Notes: generated from the sequence alone by a model not told the origin. A stretch of DNA of 35,676 bases from Gemmatimonadota bacterium (GCA_035633635.1 DASQEN010000342.1:1-35676), one strand, 5' to 3'. Counted from the stretch's first letter, positions 1-6,967 are shown. Numbers and translations are program-made.

Positions 1-1
1 G

Positions 2-169
2 CGGGTCGTGCGTCCTTTCAACATCCATTTCTATGACGGGCAGGAGTATCTGGAGGCGTTCTGCGAGCTGCGCGAAGCGGACAGGCTGTTCGCGCTGGCG
101 AGTATCGACGCGATCCTGACCGAGCCAGCCGTGGGATCCGGGAGCTCGAAGGAAGCGCTCGAGGAATAG
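2..169 (+). CDS. Partial CDS (3' end only; 5' end lies outside the window). C-terminal fragment with a WYL-like motif, possibly an HTH-WYL type regulator.
   Basis: Frame 2 is open from the window edge to TAG at 167-169. The translation RVVRPFNIHFYDGQEYLEAFCELREADRLFALASIDAILTEP... resembles the WYL-domain core (G-x-WYL-x-A-x-C ... R-x-F ... I), with EYL in place of WYL. Only 55 aa are visible. Confidence 0.35.
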   Translation, partial: RVVRPFNIHFYDGQEYLEAFCELREADRLFALASIDAILTEPAVGSGSSKEALEE

Positions 170-171
170 GC

Positions 172-190
172 CCCGCCGGAGTCCGGCGGG
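172..190. terminator. GC-rich hairpin between convergent genes; possible bidirectional terminator.
   Basis: CCCGCCGG (172-179), loop AGT, CCGGCGGG (183-190): a perfect 8-bp stem. It lies between the TAG at 167-169 (+) and the stop at 237-239 (-). No clear U-tract on either side. Confidence 0.4.
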
Positions 191-236
191 ACCTTCCCTC
201 GATGGAACGATAGGCGCTACATCGAACCGGTCGCTT

Positions 237-767
237 CTACTCGCTGTCCATCGGCTCCGTGGAGGCCGCTTCGGGGGCCAAGGCCAGGCGGTCGATCTTC
301 CATACACCGTCGACCTTCTTGAAGCCCACCACAAAGCGGTTGCTGTCGGACATCTCTTCTCCGTCCATCGGAATCGTCACGGTCGAGACGCCCGAGCTAT
401 AGGCCACATCGCCCGACTCGGCGACCTCCATCGTGTGGGTCTCGATCGACAACGTGGCTCCTTCGGGAGGCATGTTCGCGCTGTCGGCCATCATCGCGGT
501 GGCCTGCTCGTAGTTCATCAAGCCCTCCGGCCCGATCTCCTCGTACCCCGTGGTCATCATACCGGCGATCGCGTTCATGTCGTGCGCATTCCACGCTTCC
601 ATGTACTGGATGCGAAGGGCGTCGAGTTGCGCCTCGGCGTCCACTGCCGCGACGGAATCCGCAGCCGGATCTTCCATTTCTCCGGTTTCCGTGGCCTGCT
701 GCTCGCAGGCGCCGAGCGTCAGGGCGAGCCCCATCAGGAGCGGGGTCACCATTCGATTTCTCGTCAT
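237..767 (-). CDS. Lipoprotein with an NTF2-fold (SnoaL/DUF4440-like) domain.
   Basis: ATG at 767 is preceded by GGGAGGA. The N-terminus MTRNRMVTPLLMGLALTLGAC is a signal peptide plus lipobox (L-G-A-C). The mature part (LRIQYMEAWNAHDMNAIAGMM ... FVVGFKKVDGVWKIDRL) has the pattern of SnoaL-like/DUF4440 domains. Confidence 0.7.
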   Translation of the reverse strand: MTRNRMVTPLLMGLALTLGACEQQATETGEMEDPAADSVAAVDAEAQLDALRIQYMEAWNAHDMNAIAGMMTTGYEEIGPEGLMNYEQATAMMADSANMPPEGATLSIETHTMEVAESGDVAYSSGVSTVTIPMDGEEMSDSNRFVVGFKKVDGVWKIDRLALAPEAASTEPMDSE

Positions 768-860
768 TCATTCCTCCCATTGGTGTGATCGATCGTCATG
801 CGACTGCACGAAGACTATCAAGATAGTGCCAAAACCGTGAAAGAGCCGCCGTCCCGCGTT

Positions 861-1808
861 TCACGAAACCCTGTCGGGTGACTCCTGGCCGGGCTGGGCA
901 CCGCCCGGAAGCACCAATCCGCGCAGGAGCCGCACGCGCTCCTCGGTGGGGGGATGCGATCGCAGGAGGCCCGCCGCGCGCTTCTCGAAGCTCTTGATGG
1001 GATTGACGATGTAGAGGGGAGCGGTGGCCCGGTTGGCGGCCTCGAGAACCTCGGGATCCGCCTCGATCTTCTCGAGCGCCCGCGCGAGAGCCTCCGGGTA
1101 GCGTGTCATCTGGGCGCTCCCGAGGTCGGCCAGCGTCTCCCGCTTGCGCGAGACCGCGGCCTGGAGGAGCCGCGCCGACAGCGGTGCGAGCACGGCGACG
1201 AGGACCGCGATCAGAATCAGGGGGCCAGACGCGTCCCGGTTTCGCGACCGCGTCGGTCCGCTCCACCACATGCGCCGCAGGGCGAAGTCGGCGAGAAGCA
1301 CGATGGCCCCCACCGTCACCGCGACGAGCGTCGTGTAGCGGATGTCGTAGTTGCGGACGTGCGCGAGCTCGTGGGCGATCACGCCCTGGAGCTCGTCCCG
1401 GTCGAGCTTCTCCTGGAGGCCAGTCGTAACCGCGACGACCGCGTGATCGGGGTCCCGGCCGGTAGCGAAGGCGTTGGGCGCGGAGTCCTCGATCACATAC
1501 ACCTCGGGGACCGGCATCCCCGCGGCGATCGCCATCTCCTGGACGACGTTGAGGCGAACCTGGTCGCGCGCGGGCTCGGCGGGTCGCGCGGAGCTCGCGG
1601 CCAGCGTCATCGAGGCCCCGCCGTACCACGTCGTCAGGAGCAACGCGATCGCCACCGCGATCGCGACGACCAGCCCAGCTCCCGAATGACCGTAGAGCGT
1701 GCCCAGAGCGGCGCCGAACGCTCCGAGCAGAGCGGACAGGGAGAAGACCAGGAGCAGCGAGCGACGCCGGTTCGCGGCGATCTCACCGTAGAGGCCGCGG
1801 GTCTCCAT
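861..1808 (-). CDS. htpX: M48-family zinc metalloprotease, HtpX-like.
   Basis: Contains the HEXXH motif (IAHELAHVRNYD), hydrophobic TM segments before and after it, and an HtpX-like C-terminus (LRSHPPTEERVRLL). I moved the start to ATG 1808 (METRGLYGEIAANRRR...) because the 5' part of the 357-aa ORF is Arg/Ser-rich and runs into the lemA 3' end. Confidence 0.85.
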   Translation of the reverse strand: METRGLYGEIAANRRRSLLLVFSLSALLGAFGAALGTLYGHSGAGLVVAIAVAIALLLTTWYGGASMTLAASSARPAEPARDQVRLNVVQEMAIAAGMPVPEVYVIEDSAPNAFATGRDPDHAVVAVTTGLQEKLDRDELQGVIAHELAHVRNYDIRYTTLVAVTVGAIVLLADFALRRMWWSGPTRSRNRDASGPLILIAVLVAVLAPLSARLLQAAVSRKRETLADLGSAQMTRYPEALARALEKIEADPEVLEAANRATAPLYIVNPIKSFEKRAAGLLRSHPPTEERVRLLRGLVLPGGAQPGQESPDRVS

Positions 1809-1842
1809 CGAATCGGGTTCGGGACGAGTTCGGCCCGCGCCG

Positions 1843-2415
1843 CTAGCGCAGGTCGACCTTGACCGGCTCGCGCTCCGCGTCGTCCGTCTCGAAGAACTCC
1901 TGCGGCGTAAAGCCCAGCAACCCGGCGATGACATTGGTGGGGAACGTCTGCAGCCGCGTGTTGAATCGCATGACCGAGTCGTTGTAGAACTGGCGCGCGA
2001 ACGCGATCCGGTTCTCGGTCCCCGTGAGCTCCTCCTGCAGCCGCATGACGTTCTCGTTCGCCTTGAGCTCCGGATAGTTCTCGACCACGGCGAACAGCTG
2101 GCGCAGCGCCCCTGTCAGCGCGTTCTCGGCCCGCGCCTGCTCGGCCGGCCCCTGTGCGGAGACAGCGGCGGCCCGCGCCTCGGTGACTTTCGTCAGGACT
2201 TCCTGCTCGTACTGCATGTAGTCCTTGACGACCTCGACGAGGTTCGGGATCAAGTCGTAGCGCCGCTTGAGCTGGACGTCGATCTGCGCCCACGCGTTTT
2301 GCAGCTGATTGCGGAGCGCGACGAGGGCGTTGTACGTCAGGATGCCCCAGCCCACGAGCAGCACGAGGAGGCCGAGGATAGCCAGCAGGACGACGCCGAT
2401 TCCGAGACCTAGCAC
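1843..2415 (-). CDS. lemA: LemA family membrane protein.
   Basis: GTG at 2415 is preceded by AGGAGG with a 5-nt spacer. One N-terminal TM (LGLGIGVVLLAILGLLVLLVGWGIL) is followed by the LemA signature TYNALVALRNQLQNAWAQIDVQLKRRYDLIPNLVEVVK. The gene ends 34 nt upstream of the M48 peptidase gene. Confidence 0.85.
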   Translation of the reverse strand: MLGLGIGVVLLAILGLLVLLVGWGILTYNALVALRNQLQNAWAQIDVQLKRRYDLIPNLVEVVKDYMQYEQEVLTKVTEARAAAVSAQGPAEQARAENALTGALRQLFAVVENYPELKANENVMRLQEELTGTENRIAFARQFYNDSVMRFNTRLQTFPTNVIAGLLGFTPQEFFETDDAEREPVKVDLR

Positions 2416-2449
2416 GCGGACCTCCTGTCGAGAGGATGAACGTGATGTG

Positions 2450-2478
2450 ACGCTACCCGCGGGGCGATCGGGTGTCAA
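2450..2478 (-). promoter_or_regulatory. Sigma-70-type promoter candidate for lemA-htpX.
   Basis: The minus strand reads TTGACA (2478-2473), a 17-nt spacer, then TAGCGT (2455-2450). The predicted TSS is about 28 nt upstream of the lemA GTG, ahead of the AGGAGG. Confidence 0.45.
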
Positions 2479-2497
2479 CGAGGATATATTGCCGCGC

Positions 2498-2884
2498 ATG
2501 CCGATCGCTCAGCAGATCTCGGTTTTCCTCGAGAACCGCCCGGGCCGCCTGGGCGCACTCTGCGAGGTGCTCGCTGACCAGGGCGTGAACATCCAGGCGA
2601 TCATGGTGCCCAGCGGGACCGACTACGGGATCGTGCACGTGATCGTCGATCGGCACGAGGACGCGCTTCAAGCCCTGGAGGCTCGCGGTTACCGCACCTA
2701 CACCAGCAGGGTCCTGGACCTCGCGGTCGATGACCACCCCGGCGCGCTGGCGGAGGTCGCGGACCGGCTGGCCGAGAACGAGATCGACATCAAGTACGCG
2801 TACTCCGCCGTGGCCGGGAACCGGGGGAGGTTGATCCTCTCGGTCAGCGACGCCGAGCGTGCAGGCGAGCTGCTCGACGACTGA
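2498..2884 (+). CDS. Tandem ACT-domain protein (small-molecule/amino-acid binding regulatory protein).
   Basis: Start set at ATG 2498 (MPIAQQISVFLENRPGRLGALCEVLADQGVNIQAI...). There are two ACT-like halves; the second is VLDLAVDDHPGALAEVADRLAENEIDIKYAY. The upstream part of the 191-aa ORF is antisense to lemA and Arg-rich. Confidence 0.75.
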   Translation: MPIAQQISVFLENRPGRLGALCEVLADQGVNIQAIMVPSGTDYGIVHVIVDRHEDALQALEARGYRTYTSRVLDLAVDDHPGALAEVADRLAENEIDIKYAYSAVAGNRGRLILSVSDAERAGELLDD

Positions 2885-2900
2885 TGTCCGCCGGCGGGTC

Positions 2901-3227
2901 TCAGCCGCGCTGCTGATCGGGGGGGTACGCGAAGGCCCCGAGCGGCACCCGCACCGCGCAGTCGCGCTCGACGACCAGGAGACAGCACAGCCGCCAGCCC
3001 TCCTCGATCCGCGCGCCGAGCTGGATACGTTCCCGGCGGTCCGGCGCTGAGAGCGCGGACGCGCCCTCCTCGACCTTCACCTGGCACGTCCCGCAGACTC
3101 CCTGCCCGTCGCAATCGTGGACGATCGAGACGCCTGCTCGCACGGCCGCTGCCGTCAGAAAGGTGCCCGGCGCGACCCGGACTTCCCGTCCCATCGGAAG
3201 GAACCGCACCCGGGCGTCGCCGCTCAC
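2901..3227 (-). CDS. 2Fe-2S ferredoxin (fer2-type).
   Basis: VSGDARVRFLPMGREVRVAPGTFLTAAAVRAGVSIVHDCDGQGVCGTCQVKVEEG...WRLCC carries a Cys cluster C-x5-C-x2-C plus a distal Cys. The GTG at 3227 overlaps the hpnE stop in a GTGA (3224-3227). A shorter start at ATG 3194 is possible. Confidence 0.8.
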   Translation of the reverse strand: MSGDARVRFLPMGREVRVAPGTFLTAAAVRAGVSIVHDCDGQGVCGTCQVKVEEGASALSAPDRRERIQLGARIEEGWRLCCLLVVERDCAVRVPLGAFAYPPDQQRG

Positions 3228-4597
3228 GGGCCCGGCTCCCGCGCGACCGGGCCGCTCGGCTCCTCGAGGCCGGCCAGCGCCGCGGCGGCCGCCCGCTCCC
3301 CGCTCCGGACGGCGCCCTCCATCGTCGCCGGCCAGCCGGTGTCGGTCCAATCGCCAGCCAGCCAGAGGCCGTCGACCGGGCCCCGCGGGCCCGGCCGGCG
3401 ATGCGCGCACCCGGCATCGGCGCGGAACGTCGCACGCGGCTCCTTGACGACCGCCGAGGCCTCGAGGCGGGCGCCTCGGCGGCGCGGAAAGACGCTCCGG
3501 ACAGCCTCGTCGAGCCGACCGGCGATCTCGTCCTTCGGAAGGTCGATCCAGTCGTCGGCGGCGCTCAGCGAGATCCCGAGGCAGGGTCCTCCGGAACGCT
3601 CCGGGCCGAGGAGGCGCTCGCGATCGAAGATCCACTGGAGCGGAGAGCCGAACGTCCCCGCGAAGGCCAGGTCCGCGACCTGGCGATCGTACCACAGGTA
3701 GGCGTTGACGATCGGGGCTGTGCCGACGGCGGCATAGCCGGGACCTCTTTGCAGCGCGGCGTCGAGCTCGCGCGGGGGCAGCGCGCACACGACTGCGTCG
3801 GCCGTGAGCGTCTCACCTCCGGACAGCTCGACACCCAGGGCGCGGTGGCCCTCGACCGCCACGGCCGTGACCCGCTCGCCGACCCGTACGGTGACGCCCG
3901 CCGCCTCGAGCGCGCGTCGGCCCGGCTCGCCGATCGCCTCGCTGAGGCCGGTGCGGGGCAGCCAGAGCGCGCCACCCGCGGCCCCGCTCCAGAGCGCGCG
4001 CTCGAAAAAGAAGGCGGTCAACGGAAGGTTCGCCTCGGAGATCGGGACGTTGAGAGCCGGCGTCACCAGCGGCTCCCAGAACCTCTCGATCGCCTCGCGG
4101 GAGGTCCCACGACGGTTGAGCCATTCTCCGAGCGGAACGTCCTCGAGCGCGGACCGGTCCTCGATGCGGGCGAGCGCGCCGGCGTCCCGGGCGACACGCA
4201 GCCGGTCCCGGGGCCCGAGGTGGCGGTAGCGAAGAAGCGCGGGAAGAAGGTGGAAGGGGGAGGGAAGACGGACGGCCGACAGCGTGGACCTGCGGCCGCG
4301 GCCGTCGAGGATCGGGACCGCCAGCGCGCGCTGGCGCGCGAACGCGCCCGCGGGAGACCCGATGGCCGAGAGAAACGCCCGCAGGCGATGGCAGGCCCCG
4401 ACCAGGACGTGCTGCCCGTTGTCGATCACCGCGCCTGTTCCGGGATCGCGGAACGAGAACGCGCGGCCGCCGAGGAACGGTCTGCGCTCGAGGAGCGTGA
4501 CCTCGCAGCCCGCTGCCGCGAGCCGCAAGGTGGCGGCCATCCCGGCCAGGCCGCCGCCGACCACGACGGTGCGTCGTCCGGAGCCGGGAGCCTTCAC
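3224..4597 (-). CDS. hpnE: Hydroxysqualene dehydroxylase HpnE (FAD-dependent amine-oxidase/phytoene-desaturase fold).
   Basis: Contains the dinucleotide-binding motif VVVGGGLAGMAATLRLAAAGCEVTLLERRPFLGGRA and a C-terminal LWLAGDWTDTGWPATMEGAVRSG. It sits directly downstream of two squalene/phytoene-synthase paralogues. The GTG at 4597 overlaps the hpnD stop (GTGA 4594-4597). Confidence 0.85.
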   Translation of the reverse strand: MKAPGSGRRTVVVGGGLAGMAATLRLAAAGCEVTLLERRPFLGGRAFSFRDPGTGAVIDNGQHVLVGACHRLRAFLSAIGSPAGAFARQRALAVPILDGRGRRSTLSAVRLPSPFHLLPALLRYRHLGPRDRLRVARDAGALARIEDRSALEDVPLGEWLNRRGTSREAIERFWEPLVTPALNVPISEANLPLTAFFFERALWSGAAGGALWLPRTGLSEAIGEPGRRALEAAGVTVRVGERVTAVAVEGHRALGVELSGGETLTADAVVCALPPRELDAALQRGPGYAAVGTAPIVNAYLWYDRQVADLAFAGTFGSPLQWIFDRERLLGPERSGGPCLGISLSAADDWIDLPKDEIAGRLDEAVRSVFPRRRGARLEASAVVKEPRATFRADAGCAHRRPGPRGPVDGLWLAGDWTDTGWPATMEGAVRSGERAAAAALAGLEEPSGPVAREPGP

Positions 4598-5475
4598 GCG
4601 GTCAGCGCGCGCGCGGCCTCCACGAACGCCCGCGCGATCTTGTGCGGCGTTCCGATCGCAACCCGCTCGCGGAAGACGCGGCGCGGGTCGGCGGCCATCC
4701 GCTCGAGCAGCCACCGGTAGACGGCCGCGAGCGCGGCCGGGCAGGGGCGGGTCGACCTCGGCAGCCAGCGGTAGAGCGCGGAGCCCTCGTCGTAGAAGGC
4801 GCGTGCCCGTTCGACCTGATGGAGAAAGAGCGGCTCGAACCCCGCGCCCGCCGCGCCCGCCGCGACTTCCGCGGGGTCGACGCCGAAGCGACGGGTCTCG
4901 TCCATGGGGAGGTACCAGCGCCCCTTCTCGCCGTCTTCCTTGAGGTCGCGCAAAATGTTGGTGAGCTGGAGCGCGTAGCCGAGCCGCTCGGCGGCGCGCT
5001 CGGCTTCAGGGCCCGAGCCGCCGAACACGCGCAGGGATATGAGCCCGACCACGCTCGCGACGTCCCAGCAGTAGGACCGGAGCGCCGGCCAGTCGGGGAA
5101 CGTCACCGGGTCGAGGTCCCGCGCGACCCCGTCGATCAGCGTGTGGAGAAGTGGCGCAGGAACGGCGTAGCGCTCGACGGCGTCGACGAGGGCGGCCCAG
5201 CGGGCGTCGGCCGGTGCGCCGACGAGCGCGGCGTCGAGGCGGTCCCGTACCCGCTCGAGTCCTGCGCGGCGCTCGGAACGCGGCCCCGCGCCGTCGACCG
5301 TGTCGTCGGCGAGGCTCGAGAACCAGTAGAGCGCGGACAGGGCGCGCCGCCGCTCCGGCGGCAGGAGCCGGATCCCGAGCGCGAAGTTGGCGGCCGCGCG
5401 GCGGGTCGCCCGCTCGCAGGCGCCGTAGCCGGCCGCCACACGGTCCGGTGCGGCCGGGGAGCCCGTGGGGCTCAC
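4594..5475 (-). CDS. hpnD: Presqualene diphosphate synthase HpnD (squalene/phytoene synthase family).
   Basis: The C-terminal 293 aa of the 576-aa ORF contain SQS_PSY motifs (LLPPERRRALSALYWFSSLADDTVD; YCWDVASVVGL; LQLTNILRDLKEDGEKGRWYLP). The GTG at 5475 overlaps the hpnC stop (GTGA 5472-5475). The upstream part of that ORF is out of frame over hpnC. Confidence 0.85.
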   Translation of the reverse strand: MSPTGSPAAPDRVAAGYGACERATRRAAANFALGIRLLPPERRRALSALYWFSSLADDTVDGAGPRSERRAGLERVRDRLDAALVGAPADARWAALVDAVERYAVPAPLLHTLIDGVARDLDPVTFPDWPALRSYCWDVASVVGLISLRVFGGSGPEAERAAERLGYALQLTNILRDLKEDGEKGRWYLPMDETRRFGVDPAEVAAGAAGAGFEPLFLHQVERARAFYDEGSALYRWLPRSTRPCPAALAAVYRWLLERMAADPRRVFRERVAIGTPHKIARAFVEAARALTA

Positions 5476-6386
5476 GCGATTCCGGGCAGTGAAACCCCGA
5501 TCCGCCACGCCCGCGCGCACTCGGCGAGGAGCATGCGCGATCGTTCGCGCGGTCCGAGGGTCGGGCGACGGACGAGCGTGTCGTAGCCCTGTCGCTCGAT
5601 GGCGTCGCAGACCGCCCACCCGCTGCGCGTGAACGCACGGACCAGCGGCCGCCACCGGAGGGGAAGCTGGTCGGCGAGCGGCCAGCCCCGCGCGAGATGC
5701 TCCCGCGCCCAGGCCACCTCCTCCGCGACCAGCGCACGCAGAGCCGTGGACGCGGAAGAAAGCATGAGCTCGACATCGGGATCCAGGCCGTGACGGCGGC
5801 AGTCGGCGAGCGGCAGGTAGCATCGGCCGCGGTCCCGGTCGCGGGCGATGTCCTGCCAGAAGTTCACCAGCTGAAGGCCGATCGAGGTGGCGTCCGCCAT
5901 GGCCGCGAGGTCCTCGCCGCGCGCGCCCGCCACGCCGAGGACCATGCGCCCCACCGGCGTCGCACTGTACTCGCAGTAGTCGAGAAGCGCGGCCCGATCG
6001 GCGTAGCGGTGAAAGATCTGATCGCGGCGGTTGGCCTCGATGAGCCGGAAGAAGAGCTCCGGCTCCAGCGCACGGCCGCGGGCCGCGCGGGCGAGCGACA
6101 CGAGCACGGGCGCATCCGCCGGCGGGCGGCCGTCCAGCGCGTCCTCTACCTGCCGACGCCACGCCGCGAGGAGGATCACGCGGTCCCCTTCCGACTCGTC
6201 GCCCAGGTCGTCCGTCGTACGACAGAACGCGTAGACCGCCGCCAGGTCGTGGCGCTCGGAAGCCCGGAGGAACGGGCCGCGGATGGGAAAGTTCTCGTAG
6301 TGGGAGCGCGCCAGCCGGGCGCACGTCGAGTCGGCGGCTCGCTCGGCGCCGACCTCGGTGCCGGGGGCAAAACGGGAGTCGGGCAT
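5472..6386 (-). CDS. hpnC: Hydroxysqualene synthase HpnC (squalene/phytoene synthase family).
   Basis: LARSHYENFPIRG...VYAFCRTTDDLGDE...LQLVNFWQDIARDRDRGRCYLP; HYENFP is characteristic of HpnC. Start placed at ATG 6386 (MPDSRF...). An alternative TTG at 6425 would add 13 aa. Confidence 0.85.
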   Translation of the reverse strand: MPDSRFAPGTEVGAERAADSTCARLARSHYENFPIRGPFLRASERHDLAAVYAFCRTTDDLGDESEGDRVILLAAWRRQVEDALDGRPPADAPVLVSLARAARGRALEPELFFRLIEANRRDQIFHRYADRAALLDYCEYSATPVGRMVLGVAGARGEDLAAMADATSIGLQLVNFWQDIARDRDRGRCYLPLADCRRHGLDPDVELMLSSASTALRALVAEEVAWAREHLARGWPLADQLPLRWRPLVRAFTRSGWAVCDAIERQGYDTLVRRPTLGPRERSRMLLAECARAWRIGVSLPGIA

Positions 6387-6446
6387 GGGTCGTGCGAACC
6401 TAGAATCACTGCGGCGCTCGAGCAACGCGCGCCCTCGGGAGGTGGC

Positions 6447-6722
6447 TCAAAGGGTGAGGTCGAGTCGCCGCAGGATTTTCTGGAGGCTCTGCCGGTGGAG
6501 GCCGAGCGCCCGCGCCGTTGCCGACATGTTGCCGGCGTGGCGCTCGAGGGCGGCGGTCAGGAATGAGCGCTCGAACGCCTCGACCGCCTCGACCGCGCGG
6601 TCGCGCGCGTCGGTGTAGGGCAGGTCGGCCAAGGCCGCGTCCACCGGACCCGGCGGCCTCGTCGCTCCGGTCACCCGGTTTGGGAACGCGGCGAGGTCGA
6701 TCTCGTCTCCGTCCGCGAGCAC
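6447..6722 (-). CDS. Small Fis-type (HTH_8) DNA-binding protein resembling the C-terminal module of a sigma-54 enhancer-binding protein.
   Basis: The C-terminal motif AFERSFLTAALERHAGNMSATARALGLHRQSLQKILRRLDL is a classical Fis/NtrC-type HTH. The N-terminus VLADGDEIDLAAFP resembles the end of bEBP AAA+ domains. Third codon positions are GC-rich, as in neighbouring genes. GTG 6722 is the first canonical start in this frame. Confidence 0.7.
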   Translation of the reverse strand: MLADGDEIDLAAFPNRVTGATRPPGPVDAALADLPYTDARDRAVEAVEAFERSFLTAALERHAGNMSATARALGLHRQSLQKILRRLDLTL

Positions 6723-6793
6723 GACCGCGCGCTCGCGTGAGCCGCGCGTCGGGGTTCGGATCGTTGTCGAGCTTGTTCTGGAGATCCTTCATA

Positions 6794-6809
6794 AGCAGCC
6801 GCCGTGCCA
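6794..6809 (-). promoter_or_regulatory. Sigma-54 (-24/-12) promoter candidate upstream of the HTH-hpnCDE-ferredoxin operon.
   Basis: The minus strand reads TGGCACGgcggCTGCT against the consensus TGGCACG-N4-TTGCW: 7/7 in the -24 box, 4/5 in the -12 box, and the GG and GC doublets in register with the consensus. The predicted TSS is about 60 nt upstream of GTG 6722. Confidence 0.5.
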
Positions 6810-6967
6810 TGATTGAGATGTGTTGTAGCGCAACGACTTGCGCCCGTCTACCATGGTGGCCGCGCAGCCCGATGGCTTCGCGGCAGCCCGCCGGCTGCAC
6901 CCTGTCGGGCTCCGCGAGGCGCGGCTATCTTGAGGCCTTCCCGATGCCCGAGCCCTCAGGACACTAG

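Noticed and set aside
815-832. TGGCAC (minus strand, 831-826) upstream of the lipoprotein gene, as a third sigma-54 promoter.
   Set aside because: The sequence reads TGGCACtatctTGATA. There is no GC doublet at the -12 position (TTGA/TGAT instead of TTGC), and the spacing is off by one for the best alternative. The TTGGCA may instead act as a -35-like hexamer. Not supportable as a sigma-54 site.
2888-2897. Palindrome CCGCCGGCGG between the convergent ACT and ferredoxin genes, as a bidirectional terminator.
   Set aside because: With a minimal loop it can form only a 3-4 bp stem, and it has no U-tract. It is too weak to call and may be a chance GC palindrome.
4594-6324. 576-aa ORF that could be read as one large fused squalene-synthase protein.
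   Set aside because: Only the C-terminal 293 aa (from GTG 5475) show SQS/PSY motifs. The N-terminal 283 aa are an out-of-frame, Arg/Pro-rich shadow of hpnC, which has its own motifs in another frame. The GTGA overlap at 5472-5475 gives a clean junction.
6406-6900. ORF beginning MARRLLMKDLQNKLDNDPNPDA..., which might suggest a frameshifted longer version of the HTH gene.
   Set aside because: After about 22 codons it turns into the Arg/Gly-rich out-of-frame shadow of the HTH gene. Its ATG (6810-6808) is embedded in the TGGCACG of the sigma-54 promoter candidate. No AAA+ or receiver motifs appear in any frame of 6723-6967. A frameshift cannot be formally excluded without homologues.
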